Below, piece after piece: positions 19,915 to 31,100 of a stretch of 64,000 bases of DNA. The notes under the pieces are model-generated. The model saw only the letters and a list, made by a program, of their open reading frames with translations. It made no database searches and was not told the DNA's origin. Numbering within the stretch: the stretch's first letter is position 1; each line of letters opens with the position of its first letter. The translations under genes and the position numbers were made by a program. Origin of the DNA: Acidimicrobiales bacterium (GTDB lineage: Bacteria > Actinomycetota > Acidimicrobiia > Acidimicrobiales > Bog-793); contig JBEKEM010000003.1 in NCBI GenBank assembly GCA_050013835.1, positions 73,710 to 137,709 on the forward strand. Direction: 5' to 3'.

Positions 19915-21725
19915 TCGAGTGCCCGCCGACGCGTCCACAGCCAGAACCGGCGGAGCAGGCGCCGATCGAGGTCGGTGTTCCACGTACGGCACCCGAAGGA
20001 AAGATGCAGGCACCGGTCACATGCCGCGTGCGGCCGTCCGGACGACGTCTGGGAACAGAGGGGGTCGTTATCGCAGTGCTCAATGTCGTTTGCGGTCTTG
20101 AGCAGCCAGTGGTTCAGCCGTCGCCGCAAAACAGTGTCGAGTGCCCCCAGGGTGAACTCGTTGTATGACGCGACGTAGATGGCCGTGGTCAACGCGTTGG
20201 TGACGATCCATTCCGCCAGGCTCGACTCACCGAACCCGCTTTGACCGTCATCGAGAGCACGCAGCATCGCATGGGAGGCAGAGTGGACTAGGCGGCGAAC
20301 CGTTCCAGCGGCCCCGTCACCACCGACTTCGGGGTCGTGCGCTAACAGTTCGGCCAATGCCAGTTTGGCTCCACGGGAGTCTGTGGGATAGTCCGAAGAA
20401 ATCTTGCCTTCGTGGGAGAGGAAGCCCAGGACCGCGATCGCGTCAAAGGTAACGAGAAGCGCCTCAGTCTTAGCCGGAACCGCAAAAATTGGCGTCTTGC
20501 CGTTGTAGAAGCCTGACCGCCCATAGCTGCGCAGGTGCGACTCCCCGGGACCCCGCCGGCACCGGCTGTACCCGTAACTGGCGACGACGATCGGGAAGCG
20601 TTGGGTGACCGACACATCGTCAATGCCGAGAGCGGCAATGGTCGCCACGGTGTGGTTCGCCGCGACCGCGTCGGTGCCACCGGCCGCGACCAGCACATCG
20701 CTGAAGGACGTGCGGTCGTCGACGATCTTCTTGTCGAAAAGGCCCGCGCGCTCAACCATCGTGCGCTGTCCGGCTGCTTCGATCACCTCGGGCGGCACAG
20801 ATGTGTTCACGGCTCCGATCCCCGTGAGCGCCGGGCCCATTCGGCTTCGAAGCTCGTCGATGATTGCCTGGTCGATTCCCGAGGCCACAAGACCATCTTC
20901 TTGCTTAGCCCACTCTTCAGCCGACTTGCGGGGACCACCGCCCGGCCGCTCCAGCTCAGCGAGCGAGACAGAGAGGTCCGTCTCGTCCCCGAGCCATGAA
21001 GCCAGCGCCGCAGCCCCGCGCTGGGGATGGCGTTGAAGATTGTCGTAAGTCTGAGCCGAGATGCTGATGATGGTCAGCGCCTGGGGGTACCAAAGGTGTT
21101 GGTCCCGAGCCGTGTAGCCCTGCTGGTAGGGAGGCGCCGCGCCGCGGCCGTACTGGCCGCAGTTGCATTTGGTGAACCGGGTCCCGACGGCGGCACCGCA
21201 TTGCCGGCACCGCCACGATGAGGACCGGAAGGACCCAAGGTCCTCGAGGTACATGTCCTTGGTATCCCGGCAGTTGGGACAGCTCGGGGTGTGCAGTGGC
21301 TGCATTGCCCCGCAGTTGTGCGCCGTGAGGTATCGCAGCTGGCGCATCTTGGAGCCGCAGGTCGGACACTCGATCTTGCCGCTGACTTGTGTGGCGTCGA
21401 GAACCTGCTTGTGCTGGAACCAACGCACTACCCGCTTGCACGACTGGTTAGTGCATTCGAAGGTCAGCGGATAGACGTCCCAGACGACCTCCTCGGGCTC
21501 GATGATCACGTACTCGTCCGGGGTCACAATCGGATCAGGAATCCCGACCTGGTCTGGCAGCCACCGCCCAAGCTCGGAGGCCAACTGATCGAAGAGAACC
21601 TTGCGGTTCACCTCACTGACTCGTGGCCCGTTGACATGGTGAACCTCGGCGATGAATCCGTCCTCGTGGTCGAACACCGCACCCGGTAGGTAGCGGTACA
21701 GAGTCTGAGAGGTGGAGCGCTGCAT
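19911..21725 (-). CDS. drmB: DUF1998-domain protein (DrmB-like)
   Basis: Multiple Cys clusters (CPTCG, CPNCR, CRQCG) and the C-terminal DUF1998 signature CDRCLHLSFGCRTWNTDLDR. Confidence 0.8.
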   Translation of the reverse strand: MQRSTSQTLYRYLPGAVFDHEDGFIAEVHHVNGPRVSEVNRKVLFDQLASELGRWLPDQVGIPDPIVTPDEYVIIEPEEVVWDVYPLTFECTNQSCKRVVRWFQHKQVLDATQVSGKIECPTCGSKMRQLRYLTAHNCGAMQPLHTPSCPNCRDTKDMYLEDLGSFRSSSWRCRQCGAAVGTRFTKCNCGQYGRGAAPPYQQGYTARDQHLWYPQALTIISISAQTYDNLQRHPQRGAAALASWLGDETDLSVSLAELERPGGGPRKSAEEWAKQEDGLVASGIDQAIIDELRSRMGPALTGIGAVNTSVPPEVIEAAGQRTMVERAGLFDKKIVDDRTSFSDVLVAAGGTDAVAANHTVATIAALGIDDVSVTQRFPIVVASYGYSRCRRGPGESHLRSYGRSGFYNGKTPIFAVPAKTEALLVTFDAIAVLGFLSHEGKISSDYPTDSRGAKLALAELLAHDPEVGGDGAAGTVRRLVHSASHAMLRALDDGQSGFGESSLAEWIVTNALTTAIYVASYNEFTLGALDTVLRRRLNHWLLKTANDIEHCDNDPLCSQTSSGRPHAACDRCLHLSFGCRTWNTDLDRRLLRRFWLWTRRRALE

Positions 21726-21739
21726 CGAATTCCCCCGGT

Positions 21740-24700
21740 TCAGTCGTTGAGTCGGGAAATGATCTGGTCGGACCTCGGGCCGCCCGAGAAGACAACAGGA
21801 GGTTCGACATCACGGAGGCTGGTCATGGCGGGAGTGGTGAACAGCTCGGTGATCCATTCGGCCTGCCACTGTTGCATGCGTTGGCGCTCGACGCTTTCCC
21901 ATCGCTCCAGCGCGTCGTCGATGAGCTTCTGCTCTTCGGCTGCCATGGCCATATCTGAAACCGGACAGCGATAGGCAGCGGCGATCCTCCGGCGGAGATG
22001 TGGAAGCAGCCCGGCGCTCACTGCGTTCCACCACGGGCGGAACTTGCGAGTCATGCTGATCTCGTCGGTGCTCGGCCAGGCCGGGTTACGGGTCTCGTCC
22101 CAGAGCAGCGCGCAAACGATTCCCGGAAGCGTGCGCTCAACAGCTCGACTAGCGAACCGGTTCACCGGTACTGGCTCCACCATCCGTTCGAGTGCGGCGT
22201 GAGTAGTCGCAAAGCTCTGATACATCGACGTCTCGCGGCGGTTGTTGCGATCAAAGATGGAGATCACGACGCCCACATGACGCCGCCCCGCTCGAGACGT
22301 GGCCTGGATGTACATCGCGTAGGAGCTAGGCATGCCCGCCACCACCTCGATGTTGAGCCGATCGAGGTCCACACCATGTGCAACGACAGCGGTGCCGACG
22401 AGCGCACGGATCCGCTCTGTTCGCGGGACCGCGGTGGTGTCGCCCTGGACGGATGCCACCACCCCGGCCAGCTCGCCGAGAGGTGTGTCGCCCATGAGGT
22501 ACTCAATGCGCACTCGGTCGGAGCCGGAAGAGATCAGTTCCTCTGAGAGTCGGAAGAGGTCGTCCTGGATCGCCACCCCGTGGGCCTTGGAGTTGACGTA
22601 GGCCAGCGCGAGCTCGTAATCAAAGAGGTGGGCGCGAGCGGTCGCCTTGTTGATGGCGATGCCGTACTCATTCAACGTGGCGATCAGCGGTCGCGGGTCG
22701 TCCATGAGGTCGTGGACGGCTCTGACCAGCTGGCACGTGATGTCACCAGCGAGATCGACCTTGACCGTGCCCCCTCCGGCCGGCAGCACGCCCAGATAGA
22801 GCCGCTGCACGTCGTTGGTGATCTCGGTGTAAAAAGACCGGCGCAGCGTCGGGCCTCCGATCGGGAACATGCGGGGCGTACGACCGTAGACCTGCGACAG
22901 CTGGTCCTTGTACTGCTCGATGGTCGCCGTGGCCGCAATGACCTTGGACGGCAAGTGCCCAGCCCCGGCAGCGAGCTCGGCGATCAGGGTGTGGTAATGA
23001 CTCGCAAAGACACCTAAGTCCTCGCGCACGAGGTGCAGTTCATCCTGAATCCACAACGCCGGAGTAGGGTCGTAGAAGCCCGACGCCCCGACGTGGGTGG
23101 ACGTGTCGGTCTCACAATCCCTGACGATGCAGCGGCTGTGCGTGTACCAGCCATGTTGCGGGCATTGCTTCCTCGGCCCACGGTTGATGCTAGTGAGTTG
23201 CCCGCTATACGAAAAGGAGGTGATTTTATCGACTGTCGACACAACGACGGATGGCTGAAAGCGATAGACCTCCTCGTCACTCGAATAGATCGGCAGCACG
23301 TATCCGCATTGCCGACAGACATGAACGAGCCGCGAAAGGCTCAGATCGACGTCGAGTCCCACGCCGTTGAGCGCCCGACACGCGGGGCACGAACCGACCA
23401 GGCGCCGTACGTCCCTCTCCTCGGCTTTCCTCCTCGAGAACACTTCGAGACCCGGCCACCAACTGTTGGATGCCGGAGGACCCAGCCGGTTCGGAGTATT
23501 GCCGGCACCGACGAAATATCCGAGAGTGAAAGGATCCCCCTTGATCCCCTCGCTCAATCGGATCGCCTCGGCATGATGGATGATCTCGGTGAACCGAGCT
23601 AGCTGTTGGACCGACAGCATCCTCAGCGGGAACAGCATCCAGGCAGTGGTCCCACGCAGCTTGTCGCGCATCCGGTCGAAGAAGAGCGCGGCAGTGATCA
23701 GACCTAAGTAAGCCTCAGTTTTTCCGCCGCCTGTGGGGAACCACAGAACGTCGACCGTCTCGAGCTCTGCTCGGAGCCCGGCATCGTCGCGATCCTCTCG
23801 AGCGGCGAGGGCACCTAGTTGGCTCACGACGAACACCAACTGGAACAGTCGCCACGAGCCATTTGACCCTTTCGCGTTCGCGAATGTGCGATTGGTGAGT
23901 CCGAACGCGCGGTCGAGCCTCGGGTCTCGCCGCAGCAAGTCGCACCCGAGTTCGAATCGCTCGATCTCAGCCTCGAAGTCCACTCTGCGCTGCTCGAGTT
24001 GCGCGCGGTGCTCACCCGAGGACCCATCCATATCCCATGAATGAAAGAACTCCCGCATCGCCGACGCGATCGCCGAGAGCTTCAAGGCGTGTTCGGCCGC
24101 GAGTCCACTGAAGGTGAGGTCGACCCCGTGGTCACACCAGCTTGCCACCGGCTGGCAGTAGCGGGGAAGCGTTTCGGCAAAAATGGAGTCTTCGGCCCCT
24201 CCAGGGACCGCCACGCAGCCACGTCCCCGACCAACGACAGTTGCTGCATCGGAGTAGCGGAGGTCCTCCTTGGCGAAGGAAAGGAGCTGCGGCGTGAGCC
24301 GTGCTGGCTGCTCAACCGTGACCGTCATGCGGGTGTCATAGATCGAGAGATCCTGGAGCTGTCGGTCTACGAGGACCGATGCATTAGCGATCGATACCGA
24401 GACGCCGATGTCGCCCTCCACCATCGGCATCGTGGTGATGGTGAGCTCGGGCTGCGGCCACATCGGTTGCCAGGTGATGTCGCGTTTGGCGTCGAGAGCA
24501 TTTCGGAACTGCGCCTCGCTCCCGAGTGCATCGGCGACCGGGAGGGTTTGGTTGGTCCTCAACTTCCATAGAGCGTCGGGACGCGCGTAGTGGTCGGTCA
24601 CTGCCGCCTGGGCGTCTTCCTCGAAGGGATCATGTCCATCGCGGCTCGAGACGCGTACCTCATCGTCGTCGGTGCGGACTGCGATGGTAAAGGAAACGTG

Positions 24701-25273
24701 GCGGTTGTCGCGACGCCAAGCGGGGTTGATTGGAACGGTGGGCCTTCGTCTCGCGTTATTCCCAACCGCTCCGGCGCGGATCTGAGCCTCCATCGTTACC
24801 GCGGCGAAGTCCGGGACAAGTGGGTGATAGAACGCGTAGTCGACCTCAATGGTGAGCGGAATATCGCTCACGCTTCCGGCAACCACGAAGTCGAGCCCGA
24901 TGACGCCTCGGTTATCTATCGTTGGCGCGACGTGACCACCGGGCGCATGACCGTCAGCATCACCGTCATTCTCGCCGTCACAGTCAACACCGCTCGAAGA
25001 AGCGCTCGGGCCCCGGGATACTTGCCCTCCGCGTTGCATCTCGGCTGTCCCCGCTGGCGCAATGAAGGTGGCGCCGAGAATACCCACGCGAACTCGCTGC
25101 TCGGGCACCCACGGAAACGCGTGGATGCCACCGCCGCGGTCAGTCAGCGATTCGACAACATCATCGAGCAGATGATGAACCACGACTTGCTCGAGACGGT
25201 TCTCCCGGGCTTGATCGGCACCGGCAGGGCGAACGTCTGACGTTGAAGTCAAAGCGCGCGCTGCGAGGACCAT
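21740..25273 (-). CDS. drmA: Large DExH helicase (DrmA-like)
   Basis: Walker A FPTGGGKTEAY, DExH box QDELHLV, and helicase C-terminal motifs (ATSRAGR). 1177 aa, immediately upstream of the DUF1998 gene. Confidence 0.8.
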   Translation of the reverse strand: MVLAARALTSTSDVRPAGADQARENRLEQVVVHHLLDDVVESLTDRGGGIHAFPWVPEQRVRVGILGATFIAPAGTAEMQRGGQVSRGPSASSSGVDCDGENDGDADGHAPGGHVAPTIDNRGVIGLDFVVAGSVSDIPLTIEVDYAFYHPLVPDFAAVTMEAQIRAGAVGNNARRRPTVPINPAWRRDNRHVSFTIAVRTDDDEVRVSSRDGHDPFEEDAQAAVTDHYARPDALWKLRTNQTLPVADALGSEAQFRNALDAKRDITWQPMWPQPELTITTMPMVEGDIGVSVSIANASVLVDRQLQDLSIYDTRMTVTVEQPARLTPQLLSFAKEDLRYSDAATVVGRGRGCVAVPGGAEDSIFAETLPRYCQPVASWCDHGVDLTFSGLAAEHALKLSAIASAMREFFHSWDMDGSSGEHRAQLEQRRVDFEAEIERFELGCDLLRRDPRLDRAFGLTNRTFANAKGSNGSWRLFQLVFVVSQLGALAAREDRDDAGLRAELETVDVLWFPTGGGKTEAYLGLITAALFFDRMRDKLRGTTAWMLFPLRMLSVQQLARFTEIIHHAEAIRLSEGIKGDPFTLGYFVGAGNTPNRLGPPASNSWWPGLEVFSRRKAEERDVRRLVGSCPACRALNGVGLDVDLSLSRLVHVCRQCGYVLPIYSSDEEVYRFQPSVVVSTVDKITSFSYSGQLTSINRGPRKQCPQHGWYTHSRCIVRDCETDTSTHVGASGFYDPTPALWIQDELHLVREDLGVFASHYHTLIAELAAGAGHLPSKVIAATATIEQYKDQLSQVYGRTPRMFPIGGPTLRRSFYTEITNDVQRLYLGVLPAGGGTVKVDLAGDITCQLVRAVHDLMDDPRPLIATLNEYGIAINKATARAHLFDYELALAYVNSKAHGVAIQDDLFRLSEELISSGSDRVRIEYLMGDTPLGELAGVVASVQGDTTAVPRTERIRALVGTAVVAHGVDLDRLNIEVVAGMPSSYAMYIQATSRAGRRHVGVVISIFDRNNRRETSMYQSFATTHAALERMVEPVPVNRFASRAVERTLPGIVCALLWDETRNPAWPSTDEISMTRKFRPWWNAVSAGLLPHLRRRIAAAYRCPVSDMAMAAEEQKLIDDALERWESVERQRMQQWQAEWITELFTTPAMTSLRDVEPPVVFSGGPRSDQIISRLND

Positions 25274-25430
25274 TGTTCCTCCCCTTTTATCAACCCATCG
25301 CTCTGGCTGGCCACCAGGCCGCTCTCGCCGGTCCGGCCCAGCCCCATTTGTTCAAGTTGGGAGTTCAGTTGTCAGCCGAAGTACGGCCTCAATTAGTAGA
25401 TCACCGCGCCATTGCCTCGTCAACCATCTC

Positions 25431-27785
25431 TCATCGGACACGCCCGGCAATGCTGCCCGGCATTGTTTGTGGCTCTCCGACTCGGTCGACCACAGCAACC
25501 ACGAACTCGTCGAGCAGTTCGTCGGCGACCGGGCCCACCAGCGCGCGCAGCTTGCCCGTCGCGTCCTCACCCCTGCCCGAACTAATAGCCGCGACAAAGT
25601 GGCCGAGCATACGACCCAGGGACCGCAGCTTGTTTGCGACAGCGTAAATCAGACCCAGATCTGGGCAGGGCTTTCCGGCCGCGCGGAACACGGCCGCGAC
25701 ATCGCCGGGCTCCTGAGGAGCGATCGTTGAACCGCTCGCCCAGAAGGGCAGTTGACCGTACGCCTTGGCGCCGGCTATCCGAACCTGATCGATGGCGTCG
25801 GCTCTGGTCCTTCCGGCCATGACGACTCGAGCTGCCGAGCGAAACTGACTCAGGATTAGATCCAGGGCTTTCACGTCGTCGTTGCTTCGGCTCGCCGCCA
25901 CAAGGCGCGCATGAATAGAGTCGGTCCCCTCTCCAGCGGGGACGATGATCCGGTCACCGCTGCGAAGATCTCTCACCGCTCGTGTCTCTGGTCCCCCCGC
26001 AGTAATCGTGACTACGGGGGTGGCGCCTTCGTGATCGTCCACACACCACCACGTGCCGCCGCCTTGAAGGAGGACCGGAAAGCAGGTCCGGGCGCCACCA
26101 GTGCTACTGCCACCGACCACGGGGGTGCTCTCTGTCTCCGGTGGGTCGAAGACCTTGGTTGCCAGATCAAGCACTTCAGCTAGCTCGAGACCTGGCACGT
26201 TCGGGACGGAGACGACACGACCACCGATGATGGCTGCGGTGTCTTCGATCGGCGAATTAATCGGGCCCGAGTCGTCGACTCGCAGGCTCCGGCAAAGTGC
26301 ATGTTGCCAACCACTTGCTCTCTCGGCCCAACGCTGTCCTTCGGCACGAAGCATCACGATTTCGACCTCGTAACACAGGACGTGGGTGGTCTTTGCTTCG
26401 ACGCCCAAGAACAGAGAGAAAAGCCACGGAGGGGGAGCTCCGGTGAGCACCTGAGCCTCAACGGAGCCAGCCGCAAAGCGCTCCTTGAAGGTGGTGACCT
26501 TCACGCGCGAGCCGATTCGGTTCCAAAGCTCGGACTGGATGTCCGTCCGCTCCCCGCTACTAAGCGAACTCAAGGTTGCCGCAACGGCGGCTCGGGAATG
26601 ACAGCGAATCACCACAGACCCTGTCGTCGTTCGGTCGAGATCGTCGAGGACCCGCCACAGCCCGGTCAGCTTAGGATTGCCTTCCTCGAGCACCCGCCAC
26701 AAGGCTTGCACGCCCGCCACCAAGGCCCCGAGCCGAGCTGTGCGCCAATGCCGCCAGTGCGGCGTCAGGTAGGAGTCCCGCTGCTCGAGGCGCGCAAGGC
26801 GACGGACGCTAGGAAGTTCGCCTGGTCGCGTGTTGTCCACACAGGCTGCCTTGTAATCCCCCACCCGCGACGCAAGGCGCATGCCGTTACGCATCATGTT
26901 GAGTGGCAAGTCGAGCTCCGGTGGGATTGGTCCCTTCGGTCGACCCTTCATGGTGTCGGACGCTCTTGTAACCGCTTCGTTCGCGTCGTCGTCTTGGATG
27001 CGATGGAGCACGACCTTGGTACGCGGTAACTGCAGGACTGAGGTGCTGGACAGGGTGCTTGCCGAGATAGTTCCCTTCCCGAAGCTTGCTACAAGCTCTT
27101 CGGCGACGTGCTCGGTGACGGTGAGAACCGTGGGCACGACCCCGGCGTCGCTCATCGTGTCGATGAGTCCGTCGTCCCCGATGTCGCCAACGGCGACGAT
27201 GGCCGCCGGACCACGCTCGAGAGACCATTCAAGAACCCGAGTTCGGGCCGTGGCGGTGGCAATGCTTGTGACGTCGAGCACGATGAGCGGTGCCCTGCAC
27301 AACAAGGCTGGAACCCCGACACGCGTATTGAAATATACAAGCGAGTCATCGATCGGACGAACCTCGCTGCCGATCACCGGACGTACCTCGCCGATACGCG
27401 TGAGCCTGTGAGCTGAAAGCGGATTGCCTTCATTGAGACCCATGCGCCGGCGGTTCTGAATCTCAAGGTGCCGCAGCTGATCGGCGAGGTCCACGTCAAA
27501 GCCGATCAAGACGACTGGACCTTTGAGTTGTCCGGGTGGCTGCCGACACAAGAGGTGGCTGACTATGGCCAATAGGAGCGCGCTGCGGTGTTTAGCTCGC
27601 GGCAGTTGCACCACGGCTTCGTGTCCCAGCACATCGTCAACCAATAGACGGCGAGCGAAGGCCATGAGCAACTGGTCAACCGGCGAGACGGGTGCAAGAA
27701 CTGTGTCGTCGATGAAGATGGCATTGGCGAGTTCATCGAGAGGATGATCGGTACAGTTGGGGAGCAGCGCTTCGACGATGCCCAC
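25431..27785 (-). CDS. Large uncharacterised protein in the DrmE position of the DISARM-like operon
   Basis: 784 aa, first gene of the operon. No Walker A or SNF2 motifs are visible. The call rests on size and position only. Confidence 0.45.
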   Translation of the reverse strand: MGIVEALLPNCTDHPLDELANAIFIDDTVLAPVSPVDQLLMAFARRLLVDDVLGHEAVVQLPRAKHRSALLLAIVSHLLCRQPPGQLKGPVVLIGFDVDLADQLRHLEIQNRRRMGLNEGNPLSAHRLTRIGEVRPVIGSEVRPIDDSLVYFNTRVGVPALLCRAPLIVLDVTSIATATARTRVLEWSLERGPAAIVAVGDIGDDGLIDTMSDAGVVPTVLTVTEHVAEELVASFGKGTISASTLSSTSVLQLPRTKVVLHRIQDDDANEAVTRASDTMKGRPKGPIPPELDLPLNMMRNGMRLASRVGDYKAACVDNTRPGELPSVRRLARLEQRDSYLTPHWRHWRTARLGALVAGVQALWRVLEEGNPKLTGLWRVLDDLDRTTTGSVVIRCHSRAAVAATLSSLSSGERTDIQSELWNRIGSRVKVTTFKERFAAGSVEAQVLTGAPPPWLFSLFLGVEAKTTHVLCYEVEIVMLRAEGQRWAERASGWQHALCRSLRVDDSGPINSPIEDTAAIIGGRVVSVPNVPGLELAEVLDLATKVFDPPETESTPVVGGSSTGGARTCFPVLLQGGGTWWCVDDHEGATPVVTITAGGPETRAVRDLRSGDRIIVPAGEGTDSIHARLVAASRSNDDVKALDLILSQFRSAARVVMAGRTRADAIDQVRIAGAKAYGQLPFWASGSTIAPQEPGDVAAVFRAAGKPCPDLGLIYAVANKLRSLGRMLGHFVAAISSGRGEDATGKLRALVGPVADELLDEFVVAVVDRVGEPQTMPGSIAGRVR

Positions 27786-28064
27786 TGCAACTCCTGGGTC
27801 CGGTCCGATGACGCGCCGCCCTGCTGGTTGACTGGGTTCGAGTCTCGATCAGTCAGTACCGAGCATTCATTTCTAAGATACCCAAGAGATGCATCACAGG
27901 AGAGGCAGGCATCTCCGAGGCCCGGCGGCGTCCGGGACCCGTGAGCCTAGGGATTTCGACGAGAGGAGCTGAGGCTCAACGATTCAGACTCGAGCCCTGG
28001 TCAAATCGACCGGAGCTAAAGACTATGCAGGCGCTCTCCGTCCCTGTCCGTGCGTTTTCGGTTC

Positions 28065-28093
28065 GCGCTTCGAGCGCCCTCGAGTCGAAGCGC
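28065..28093 (-). terminator. Possible stem-loop downstream of relaxase gene
   Basis: gcgcttcga ... tcgaagcgc forms a 9-bp stem 17 nt past the relaxase stop. There is no U-tract on the transcript, so the call is weak. Confidence 0.25.
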
Positions 28094-28109
28094 AACGGCC
28101 TCTACAGAG

Positions 28110-31100
28110 TCAGGGCTTCATGACCGCCGCAGACGACCCCACGATTGCTCGGTCCGAGTCGCTCATGCTCAAGTAATCGAGCGGCTCTGATTCGGACCGT
28201 GGCGAAGCTTGAGAGACCCAGGCGGAAAGTTCCATCTTCGAAGGCTCACCCGCGACGACTGCATTCCCCACCGCGGTGAGCTTGTTTATCGGCGGCGCGG
28301 CATGAGGCTGCCGAACTCGCCGCCTTCGAGTAGCCGCCAGCTCACTTGCGAGCAGCTCCGGGCCATTCGCTCGAAGGCGACGCTCCGTCTCCACCAGCGC
28401 GCTCGTCTCGTCACGCAGGACGGGCAGCGCGTCGTCGGTGAGCGATTGCGAGAGATCCCGTCGCCTGATCGCCACCGCCTGGAGATCGAACTGGCCTCTC
28501 GTGATCCCGACGTAGACACCCTCGAGGCTCGAGGCGTCGGTTACGAGGGGCGCGGCGACGGCGAACGTCTTGCCTTGGGCAGCGTGTGACGTCAGGGCAT
28601 AAGCGTGCTGCAGGCCACCGACGATGCCGGCTGAGACCTTGCGCTCGAGGTAGGAGAGGGGGATGGCGACCCGACCCCAGCGCTCGAAGTCGACAACCCC
28701 GCCGTGCTCGTGAACCTCGACAACGGTTCCGAGCGAGCCGTTGCGGACGTAGGCGTTGCGCGCCGCGCCCTCTGCCCGCAACGAACGATCGGTGATCCGG
28801 GCGATCACCTCATCGCCGGACCGGAACGAGAGGCCGGCGACGGTGAGCTCCGGTCCTTTGAGCGTCCCATCATCGGCGAGGAGTGCCCGGGCGCGGACGT
28901 TCAGTTCGCGGCGTTCGAAGTGGTGCTCGGCGGTCATCGCGCTCCAGTGGCGCTCCGGCTCAACAACGCGCTTCTGCCGCTCCGCATACCAGGCGCAGGT
29001 GAGTAGGTCGTAGGCCTCGTCGGCAGACTCGGCCTCGGTAATCCGACCATCGCGCCGCAACCGCTCGAGCGCCTCGGTGATCTTTCCTTCCCGGTATTCG
29101 GCGTTGGCGAGACGAACCTCTGCCATCTCCTCGCCCTGCTGGCGATAGAGGTGGCTGAGGGTGGCCGTGTCGTCGGGGTGGTGTTCCGTGAGGTAGCGGA
29201 ACATCCCGCCAGCCGCGACCGCCGAGTGCTGGGCGGGATCGCCGACGAGGCGGAGGATGGCTCCCGTCTCCTCGGTTGCTCTTGCGAGCGCGACGAAGTC
29301 GCGCGTCGAGACGAGGCTCGCCTCGTCGACCAAGAGCACAGTGCGAGCGTCAATACTCGCAAAGTCACCGCGGTCGAAGTAGCGGGCGAGCACCGAGGCG
29401 ACGGTGCGACCCTCGACCCCGGTCTCTTCGGAGAGGACGACCGCTTGGGTTCCGCCGACCGCCGCGCCGAGCACCCGATAGCCCTCCGCCTGCCAACAGG
29501 CGACCGTCGCTTCGAGGGCGGTCGTCTTCCCGCTCCCCGCCGCCCCGACACCGGCCTGAACTCGCATCCCCGAGGAGGTGAGCGACTCGACGAAACGTCG
29601 CTGCTCCTCGGAAAGCCGGGCGAAGCGCTCCGTGCCGAGGACCTGTTGCGTGCGCTCCGCCGGCACGATCCCGGCTCCCGCCTCGCGACCCCGCTCGTAG
29701 GCGGCAAGGGCACGGTGCTCGAGGGCGAGCATCGACGTGGTCGAGTAGATCCGCTCCCCCGGCAACTTCACGACGCGTCCGTCGGTGCGACGGATCGAGC
29801 GTTTCGCCGACGTATCCCGCGTCGCCTTCAGCTCGACGAGGTCGGGTTGGGTGATGACCTCGTCGGCGAGCGCATCGATCGCGTCAGCGGAGAGTCGGTC
29901 ACCTGAGAGCTCCGCAAGGCGCTGCACAACGTGACGGCGGTCGAAGACCGCCTCATGCTCGGTGAGGCCGTCGGAGCGAAGGAGCTCACGGAATCGCCGC
30001 ACCCTTTCCTCGGCGGTGAAGAGCCCGGGTCCGTCGACGCGGTCGAAAACGTTCCCACGCGCCTCCGGGCCGTAGCCGGCGATGGTGAGGCGCTCGTCCC
30101 AGGAGGCGAAGAGGGCGTCGAGTTCGACGCCATGCTCCTTGGCGGCGCGGGTGTCCCAGGCCGCGACCTGACGGGCCCGTGCCGAGGAGACTCCCAGCGC
30201 CCCGGTCGCTTCGGTGATCTCGCGGGCCCGCGAGCTCATCTCTTCGAGCGCCGCGGCGGGGACGCCCTCGATCTCGGCGATGCCGTTTTCGACCTGTGTC
30301 CAGGTGACGCCGAGCCGGGCGGTCAGCTGGTGGCGCAGCTCGGCTGCAGCGAGAAAGCTCGCCGTCTTGGCATGGTGGAAGACAAAGCGCGCGTCGAGGG
30401 CGCGGGCCACACCGTCCGTGCCGACGCCATAGTTGGCGACGACGACGTGGTGGTGGAGCTGCGGCTCGAGCGCGCGCGAGGTCGTGTGGAGGTAGTCCGC
30501 CGCCAGAATGCCGCTTGCCGGGAGCGGGCGCTTCCCCACGCTCACCTTGAACGCCTGTCGCTCGAGGTAGCGCAGTCCCCCGGCGACGGCCTCGTCGAGC
30601 GCCTCGAGGGTCGCGGCGCGCGTCCGATCGTCGCCACCCGCCCAGAGCACGCTCACCGACTTCGGGACCGAGAAGGTGAGGTCGTAGCCGGCGACGACTT
30701 TCGGCGGCTCGCGGTGCTCGGAAATGCGCACGACCGCGTCCTTGTTGATCTGCCAGGCGCCGGAGCTGTCGATCTTGATGCCGTCGGCGTCGTCATCACT
30801 GGCTCGCACCCGTGCCCGGAGCAGACGGCGGAGGTAGGAAGGGGTGATCCCGAGGACCGAGGCGGCCTCCTTCGTCGAGTACCACTCCTTGTCGAGTCGG
30901 GTCGGCGCCAGCGCGAGACGACGACAGCGCTCGGCGCGTCCAGATGATCCCCGCGCCGAGAGGAGCGGCTCTCCGATCGCAGGATCGACACCGGCGAGGA
31001 GTCTGGCGAGCTCGGCCGGGTCGACCTCGCCCGACCTCCCGAGCACCCAGCAACCGGGACGGAGCCCGGCCGAGTCGGCGTAGTAGGCGACGGTGCCGCC

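Noticed and set aside
25431-27785. Calling the first DISARM-operon gene an SNF2 helicase (DrmD)
   Set aside because: No Walker A/GxGKT, DExH or other SNF2 motifs are visible in the 784-aa sequence. It is retained only as being in the DrmE position.
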